Source: an uncultured bacterium (GTDB taxonomy: Bacteria > Verrucomicrobiota > Kiritimatiellia > RFP12 > UBA1067). From it: 64,000 nucleotides of DNA. The stretch is taken from contig CACZHC010000011.1 of the NCBI GenBank assembly GCA_902780865.1, positions 2,898 through 66,897 on the forward strand, written 5' to 3'. The notes below the pieces were generated by a model. The model was not told where the DNA came from and did not search any database. It saw only the letters and a list, made by a program, of their open reading frames with translations. Below, piece after piece: positions 58,675 to 64,000 of this stretch (position 1 is its first letter; the number at the start of each line of letters is the position of its first letter). The position numbers were made by a program, and so were the translations under genes.

Positions 58675-59738
58675 CGAGTGAAGATAAACTTCTTCTGCAC
58701 AAGATAGCTCGCCACAAAAAGCACCGTGTCAGCCACGATTTTCACCGCCGTGATCGCGACTCCCTTCACGTCGAGAAGCGCCGAGCACCCTTCCGTGAGC
58801 GCATAGCTCGCCGCACCGACCGCGAGAACGAGTCCGAAATAGCCGTAGTAACTGCGATGGGGGCCCTTTCGCGGCACATTGCCGCGACGGAAGACGATGA
58901 ACCTGTTGTAGAAGTAGTTGAAGTGCGACGAGATTACGCGCGCGGCTACGAGCGCAACGAGGACGTCGTCGCGGCGCGGCGTGTCCTTCGCTGCCATCAC
59001 CCAGATCACGGCGGCAAAGACGCCATTGTCGATAAGAAAAGAAAGCACCGAAGAAATGCAGAACTGGAAAAGCGACCGGTAGATCCTGATTGCATCGAGA
59101 ACCGGGTGGAAGTGGCTCGTCGCATTCTCATCGAGGTAGACCGTCTCGATGGGAATCTGAAGTGGTCGCGACGGATGGTGCTTCGCGTCGGCAAGCATCG
59201 CCATCTCGTACTCGTAGCGCTCGCCGGGAATCTTTGCGACGCGCGGCACAAGCGCCGCGGGGATGCCGCGAAGCCCCGTCTGCGTGTCGCGGATCATAAG
59301 CCCCGTCATGAGGAAGAAGAACCAGCGCGTCCACCAGTTTCCGAAGCGGCTCCTAAGCGGGACCTTCCCAGAAAACGAGCGGACGCCGAGAACGAGGCCG
59401 TCGCGGTGCGTCTTAAGACCCTCCGCCACCTTCGCGATGTCTTCAGGCGTGTGCTGCCCGTCGGCGTCTGCGGTGATTACATCGGCCGCGTCGCCTATGT
59501 ATGCGAAGCCCGTCTTGAGCGCGGCGCCTTTGCCGCGGTTTTTCTCGTGCACGAGAATCGCGTCAACGAGAGGCGCCGCCTTTTCAAATACGTCCTTACC
59601 CGTCACAGAACCGTCGTTGACGAGGACGATATGCTCAAAGCGCTCCTTCAGCCGTGGAAGGAGCGCCAGCAGCTTCTCGTCCGGATTGTAGGCCGGGATA
59701 AGTATCGTCAGCGGGCTGGCTAAAGTATCGTTCCCCAT
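58668..59738 (-). CDS. family-2 glycosyltransferase fused to a GtrA-like membrane domain
   Basis: 356-aa ORF with GGAGGAGGGCAA-ATG. GT2 motifs are LTILIPAYNP and ADADGQH. The C-terminal ~120 aa contain four hydrophobic helices (GtrA-like). Confidence 0.7.
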   Translation of the reverse strand: MGNDTLASPLTILIPAYNPDEKLLALLPRLKERFEHIVLVNDGSVTGKDVFEKAAPLVDAILVHEKNRGKGAALKTGFAYIGDAADVITADADGQHTPEDIAKVAEGLKTHRDGLVLGVRSFSGKVPLRSRFGNWWTRWFFFLMTGLMIRDTQTGLRGIPAALVPRVAKIPGERYEYEMAMLADAKHHPSRPLQIPIETVYLDENATSHFHPVLDAIRIYRSLFQFCISSVLSFLIDNGVFAAVIWVMAAKDTPRRDDVLVALVAARVISSHFNYFYNRFIVFRRGNVPRKGPHRSYYGYFGLVLAVGAASYALTEGCSALLDVKGVAITAVKIVADTVLFVASYLVQKKFIFTRH

Positions 59739-60655
59739 TTGCCCTCCTCCTTGATGGCCTTCTCGCGGGCAATGAGACGGATGTAGTCAAGGCGATGGCG
59801 GAAGAGATCGCGCAACACTGCATCTGAAAGGAACGTGATGCCCTTCGCGCGAGCGGCGGAGGAAAACGGCTCGAATACCGTGTTCGACTTCATAACCCCC
59901 GGAATCGACGACAGGAACATTTCCGCCGGCATGCGGTCGACCGAGATGGGCGTGTAGCGCACGCCGAAGAAGTAGCATCCGCCCTTGCGGAGCACAGTCT
60001 CCACGCGGGTCCTCTCCTTGTTTATGCGCGCCACCATCGCCTTTGTCTTGTCGTTGGCCACGAATTCGCCGTCAAGGACGACGGTCGTCGTCGGCTGAGG
60101 CGGTGGCGCGGCTTTCGGCGTCCGCTTCACGGCGGGCTTCGCCGCCACCTTCTTCTTCGGCTTCGGGTCGTCGTCAAAGAGGTCGTCGATGTCGTCGATG
60201 GACGAATCGGAAGTCTCGCTCTCCTCGACGACAGGAGCCGTCTCCTGGGCAGACGCGGCCGCGGCCGGCGGCGGATCGACCTTCTCGACGCGGGCTCCCG
60301 CCTGCGTCTTGAGGAACTCGGTCCACGGAATGATCTCGTTCGTGACCTGTATCCCGTTTATCCTGAGCGCGGTGCCGTAGCGCTCGACCTTGTAGGGAGG
60401 GTCGAGGAACTTGCCGTTGACGAAGACGAGACCGGCCGAGAACGGCTTTCCGACGGTCGCCTTGAGCTCGACGAGCGCCTGCTTCGGAACAGTCGCGAAC
60501 GCCGCGCCGCGCTTGGCGGCGGGCTCGGGAGCGGCCACGGCGGGGAAAGACAGTAGGAGGGTCAGACCTATTTGACACAGCCGTTGATACAGCTTAAGCT
60601 GCATCGAACGACTGCGGTCAAAAAGGTCCGACCCTGACGTTCTCTCTACTTTCAT
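59720..60655 (-). CDS. hypothetical secreted protein with acidic/Lys-Pro-rich low-complexity linker
   Basis: Track ORF is 59720..60718 (GTG start). ATG 60655 or ATG 60605 (MQLKLYQRLCQIGLTLLLSFPAVAAP) is more plausible. I recognise no family. The 3' end overlaps the GT2 start by 19 nt. Confidence 0.45.
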   Translation of the reverse strand: MKVERTSGSDLFDRSRSMQLKLYQRLCQIGLTLLLSFPAVAAPEPAAKRGAAFATVPKQALVELKATVGKPFSAGLVFVNGKFLDPPYKVERYGTALRINGIQVTNEIIPWTEFLKTQAGARVEKVDPPPAAAASAQETAPVVEESETSDSSIDDIDDLFDDDPKPKKKVAAKPAVKRTPKAAPPPQPTTTVVLDGEFVANDKTKAMVARINKERTRVETVLRKGGCYFFGVRYTPISVDRMPAEMFLSSIPGVMKSNTVFEPFSSAARAKGITFLSDAVLRDLFRHRLDYIRLIAREKAIKEEGKWGTIL

Positions 60656-60763
60656 CTTCACTTCAAACTTTAAGCGTTCAACTTCAAACTCTAAAAAGAT
60701 CCCGCATTGCCGTAGCACAGAATCCCCGGAACCCGTCGTTCCAAAGTAGGGGTTGCCCCCTTT

Positions 60764-63118
60764 TTAAAATGTCGGTCGAAGAAATTTCTGCTGAATCCGC
60801 GTGCAGAACACGTCGAAGAGAGTTACCTTTACAAGCTCCTTGCCGCCGTTGTCGCGTATGACCTTTTCGATTGCAGCGTTCGTCACAGCCTTCGCGACGA
60901 CAAGCGCTATGTCGCGCCTGACGAGCGGGAACTGCGGCACGGGCGAGACCCGCCCGAGCTCGTCCACGCGCTTCAGGAGCGGCTTCAAGTCGAGCTCGCA
61001 GAGAACCATCTGCGTCGTGAGGCGGTAGGGGTGGCGCATCTTAGCCGAGAGCGCGCCGAGAACGCCGATGGCGCGGCCGTTGAGCTTGACGGAGAGCGCA
61101 GCGCCCTTCGCAAACGCCGGATGGTCAGCCGGCTCGAACTCGAGCTTTCCTGCGTGGAGCTTCGCGACAAGCTCGTCCACCACGCCCTTCATCCACAGCA
61201 CCGACTCCTCCTCGGAAAGCGGCGCGCGCGTCCTGAGGGCCTCGCGGCCGACGGGCCCGACGAAGCCGAGCGAAAGAGACTCGCGCTCGCAGGGAACGTC
61301 GCCCTTCGGCGTCTTCGCGACGTTGAACACCTTGCCGATCTCGAAAAGCATCGCGGTCTCGAGCTGGTGCGAGGCGTTGCGCCCAAGCGAGCCCATCATC
61401 TGCGGGAGAAGCGAGTCGCGCATCACGCCGTACTCCGCCGACACCGGGTCGGGGATCACGAGGCGGCGGTCCGCAGTGCGCGTGTCGAAATCGTCGAGCT
61501 CCTTCTTCGAAAGGAACGAGTAGTGCATCGCCTCGGTGAAGCCAAGCGCGAGGCAGAGCTCGCGAACGCGCGACTTCGCGCGGAACGGCGCGTCGGAAAG
61601 CGGCGAGATCGACGGTGCGGACGGCATCGTGTCAGGAATGTTGTCGAGACCGTAAAGCCGTGCGATTTCCTCGACGAGATCGGCCTCTGCGGAAATGTCC
61701 CAGCGCCACGACGGGACGCCAAACGCTACGGAAGTCGCGGCGGCGAAGTGGTTGTCCTTCCCGCGCGGCACGAACCCGAGACCCTTAAGGAGAAACACCA
61801 TCGCGTCGTTGCCGACGGGAATTCCAATAAGCCGGCGCGCGCGCTCGAAGTCGAGCGTGACGTCGGGATTGAGCGGCCGCGGGCGGTTGTCGACGTCGAC
61901 GATGCCCTTCGCGATCTTGGCGGCGCCATGCTTCTGAAGGAGATGCGCGGCACGGCGCGAGGCGAAGTCGGCGAGATCCTTGTCGACGCCGCGGATGTAG
62001 CGGTAGCTCGACTCGCTTGCAAGCCCCAGCTTCGACGCCGTGAACTTCGTGGAAGTCGGCTCGAAAAGCGCACTCTCGAGAAGGACGGACGTCGTTCCGG
62101 GCGCAATGCCGGAATCCTCGCCGCCCATGATGCCGGCGACGGCGTTCGGACGCTCCGCGTCGCAGATCATCAACATCGAGGGGTCGAGCTTGCGCTCCAC
62201 GCCGTCGAGAGTCTTGATTGTCTCGCCGTCACGCGCGTCGCGCACGACGATCGTGCGGTCCTTTAGCGTGCGGTGGTCAAAGGCGTGCATCGGCTGGCCA
62301 AGCTCGAGCATCACGTAGTTCGTAACGTCGACGGCGAGGCCGAGCGAGCGGACGCCGCAAAGCTCAAGGCGCTTCGCCATAATCGATGGGCTCGGCGCAT
62401 CGGGCGTCATCTCGGTGACGACGCGCGCGGTGTACCTGAGGCAACGCGCAGCATCCTCGACGACGACCTTTACCTCGTCGTTCACGTCCGTATCGCACTC
62501 GGTGAAATCGACCGGCGGAAGCGTAAGCGGGCGGCCCAGGATCGCGGAGAACTCGCGCGCAAGACCGACGATGGAAAGCGCGTCGGGGCGGTTCCAGGTG
62601 ACTTCGATGTCAAAGACGGTCTCTGGCTTCTCGAGCTTCGCGACGTCGCGGACGAGCGCGCCAGTCGGAATCTCGGCGGAATACTCGATAATTCCGGCGT
62701 TGCCCTCGCCGATGTGGAGCTCTTTCTCCGAACAGCACATGCCGAAGCTCTCGACGCCGCGCAGCTTGCCCTTCTTGATCTTCTCGGGATTGCCGTTCTT
62801 GTCGAGGAATTCCGGGATGGCCGCGCCGATCTTCGCGAACGCGGTCTTGATTCCCTTGCGCATGTTCGGCGCACCGCACACGACCTGATAGGTCTCCTTG
62901 CCGTCCGTCACCTTGCAGACGTGCAAGTGGTCGGAATTGGGATGCGCCTCGCATTCCAGGACTTCCGCAACGACGATCAAATCGGAAAGCGGCGTGCCAC
63001 CGACCGTCTCTATCGCCTCGACCTGCAACCCTGCGCGGGTCAGCTTTTCGGCGAGTTCCTTGGGGTCGATGTCGTCGACTTTAACGTAGTCATTCAGCCA
63101 ACTGAGTGGGAGCTTCAT
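60764..63118 (-). CDS. pheT: phenylalanine--tRNA ligase beta subunit
   Basis: The canonical N-terminus MKLPLSWLNDYVKVDD is at ATG 63118. The 106-aa Pro/Arg-rich extension of the track ORF (to 63436) is an out-of-frame overlap with the upstream gene. Confidence 0.9.
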   Translation of the reverse strand: MKLPLSWLNDYVKVDDIDPKELAEKLTRAGLQVEAIETVGGTPLSDLIVVAEVLECEAHPNSDHLHVCKVTDGKETYQVVCGAPNMRKGIKTAFAKIGAAIPEFLDKNGNPEKIKKGKLRGVESFGMCCSEKELHIGEGNAGIIEYSAEIPTGALVRDVAKLEKPETVFDIEVTWNRPDALSIVGLAREFSAILGRPLTLPPVDFTECDTDVNDEVKVVVEDAARCLRYTARVVTEMTPDAPSPSIMAKRLELCGVRSLGLAVDVTNYVMLELGQPMHAFDHRTLKDRTIVVRDARDGETIKTLDGVERKLDPSMLMICDAERPNAVAGIMGGEDSGIAPGTTSVLLESALFEPTSTKFTASKLGLASESSYRYIRGVDKDLADFASRRAAHLLQKHGAAKIAKGIVDVDNRPRPLNPDVTLDFERARRLIGIPVGNDAMVFLLKGLGFVPRGKDNHFAAATSVAFGVPSWRWDISAEADLVEEIARLYGLDNIPDTMPSAPSISPLSDAPFRAKSRVRELCLALGFTEAMHYSFLSKKELDDFDTRTADRRLVIPDPVSAEYGVMRDSLLPQMMGSLGRNASHQLETAMLFEIGKVFNVAKTPKGDVPCERESLSLGFVGPVGREALRTRAPLSEEESVLWMKGVVDELVAKLHAGKLEFEPADHPAFAKGAALSVKLNGRAIGVLGALSAKMRHPYRLTTQMVLCELDLKPLLKRVDELGRVSPVPQFPLVRRDIALVVAKAVTNAAIEKVIRDNGGKELVKVTLFDVFCTRIQQKFLRPTF

Positions 63119-63986
63119 TCTGTGGTTCTTCTTTCTTCTCTTCTGAAACTGTTGTATCCTGTGTTGCCGGGGCTTCGGGCGCGGCAGGCGCCTCTTCGGC
63201 GACTGGTGCGGCGGGCGTTTCCACGGCGGGCGCAACTGGCGCCTCTGCAACGGGCGTTTCCGCAACTGGTGCCTCTGCAACGGGCGTTTCCGCGGCGGGA
63301 GTCGCTTCCGGTGCGGGAGCCGCTTCGGCTGCCGGCTGCGGCGCGGCGGCCTTAGCGGAACGCTTCTTCCACTGCGGACCGTATTTCGGGAACTTCTCGA
63401 CGGCCGAGTAGACGCCCATCTTCGCGAACGCGACAACGTGTCCCGTGGATACGAGCCACTGGAGATGCTGCAGCGTTCCCTCGCCCGCCGGCAGCTCGGT
63501 CCTGTCGCAGCACGGATGCTCGGCGATGAACTTCGCTATGGCCGCGAGCTCCGGAATCGCGTGCGCGGCGTCAAACTCCTTGAGCTCGGCGCTCGTGACG
63601 AATTCGGGGCCGCGCGCATCGTTCGCGCGGAAGAAGTTGAGCTTGCGGTGGTGGAACGCGCCTCTGAGCGCGAAGCACATGTTGTACGGCGAGCGGCGCT
63701 CAAGTTCGAGCGCGTCGCGCACCGCCCACACGAGCGGCTTCACCGGGCTTTTCATGGCGACGTCGGCCGTTATCATGAGGTTCTTCGGGCGGTCGATGAG
63801 CGACGGAAGGACCGTGCGGCGGAACTCGCCCTCGGCCTGCTCGCGTGTGAGCGTCGCAACGCCCTCGACTTCGGCCTGGCCTTTCGGCACGAACACAGTC
63901 TTCTTCACCGCGCCCTTGCGCCATGCCTCGATCGTCTCGGGATCGCGCACCATCTCGATCTTCGAGCGGTACTGCTCCTCGGACAT
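63090..63986 (-). CDS. hypothetical protein with Pro/Ala/Glu-rich repetitive C-terminus
   Basis: 298-aa ORF. There is no stop between ATG 63986 and the window edge, so the true start could lie upstream. The globular N-terminal ~215 aa have no motif I recognise. The tail contains ETPVAEAPVA x2. Confidence 0.5.
   Translation of the reverse strand: MSEEQYRSKIEMVRDPETIEAWRKGAVKKTVFVPKGQAEVEGVATLTREQAEGEFRRTVLPSLIDRPKNLMITADVAMKSPVKPLVWAVRDALELERRSPYNMCFALRGAFHHRKLNFFRANDARGPEFVTSAELKEFDAAHAIPELAAIAKFIAEHPCCDRTELPAGEGTLQHLQWLVSTGHVVAFAKMGVYSAVEKFPKYGPQWKKRSAKAAAPQPAAEAAPAPEATPAAETPVAEAPVAETPVAEAPVAPAVETPAAPVAEEAPAAPEAPATQDTTVSEEKKEEPQNEAPTQLAE
63231..63290. repeat. 30-bp tandem repeat x2 (29/30 identical), in-frame
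   Basis: cgcaactgg(c/t)gcctctgcaacgggcgtttc lies at 63231-63260 and 63261-63290. Confidence 0.85.
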
Positions 63987-64000
63987 GTCGGGGTAGCGAG

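Noticed and set aside
60749-60765. A GGGG-ttg-CCCC hairpin followed by T5, as a terminator after pheT
   Set aside because: The T-run follows the hairpin only on the plus strand, where no gene ends. On the transcribed minus strand the stem is 4-5 bp with no U-tract, which is too weak to call.
63119-63436. A 106-aa Pro/Arg/Lys-rich N-terminal extension of pheT in the ORF track
   Set aside because: The canonical PheT N-terminus MKLPLSWLNDYV starts at 63118. The extension is the out-of-frame reading of the upstream gene's Pro/Ala repeat.
1-64000. A Bacteroidota-style PUL, CRISPR array, tRNA/rRNA genes, IS elements, integrases, phage genes or toxin-antitoxin pairs
   Set aside because: I saw no SusC/SusD-like ORFs, no spacer-repeat arrays, no transposase, integrase or phage-like ORFs, and no intergenic region long enough and structured like a tRNA or rRNA. 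This was by-eye inspection only. A tRNAscan/Infernal run would be needed to exclude small RNAs.

Overview
High-GC bacterial chromosomal segment with AT-rich intergenic spacers. About 31 of 35 genes are on the minus strand. It is dominated by Sec-secreted glycan-degrading enzymes: GH78-like, a dual clan GH-A/GH39-like enzyme, three GH42-like paralogs, GH31, GH88, a heparinase II/III-type lyase, a CE4 deacetylase and two right-handed beta-helix proteins. Alongside these are large surface or adhesin-like proteins: three GLUG-repeat proteins with Listeria-Bacteroides repeats, two LamG/DUF2341 lectin-like proteins, and a Pmp-repeat metallophosphoesterase. Regulators are a XylR/AraC-type regulator, a HisKA_3 kinase with a NarL/LuxR response regulator, and a GntR-PBP hybrid. 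Other genes include a C10 cysteine peptidase and a sodium:solute symporter followed by two translationally coupled QueG/reductive-dehalogenase-superfamily Fe-S paralogs. Housekeeping genes rpsO-pnp, tadA and pheT are interspersed. I saw no rRNA, tRNA, CRISPR array, transposase or phage gene by eye. No SusC/SusD pair is present. The gene content suggests a PVC-group (Lentisphaerota/Kiritimatiellota/Verrucomicrobiota-like) glycan degrader, but this is inference only. The main second-look items are listed here. (1) A short tail, G-K-x-G-x-hydrophobic(4-5)-R, sits at the exact C-terminus of five secreted non-enzymatic proteins and may be a new sorting or processing tag. (2) The symporter plus tandem QueG/Rdh-like pair sits under a sugar-type regulator. 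(3) Helically phased GTATAC arrays fused to the -35 of several promoters surround the two-component system. (4) A second conserved upstream element (TAATTGAG direct repeat) is specific to the three GLUG genes. (5) A perfect 20-bp tandem duplication frameshifts the S1 domain of pnp. (6) Four genes have TGnTATAAT boxes only 6-9 nt from the start codon, suggesting leaderless mRNAs. Long plus-strand ORFs in the track are almost all Arg/Ala-rich antisense artefacts.
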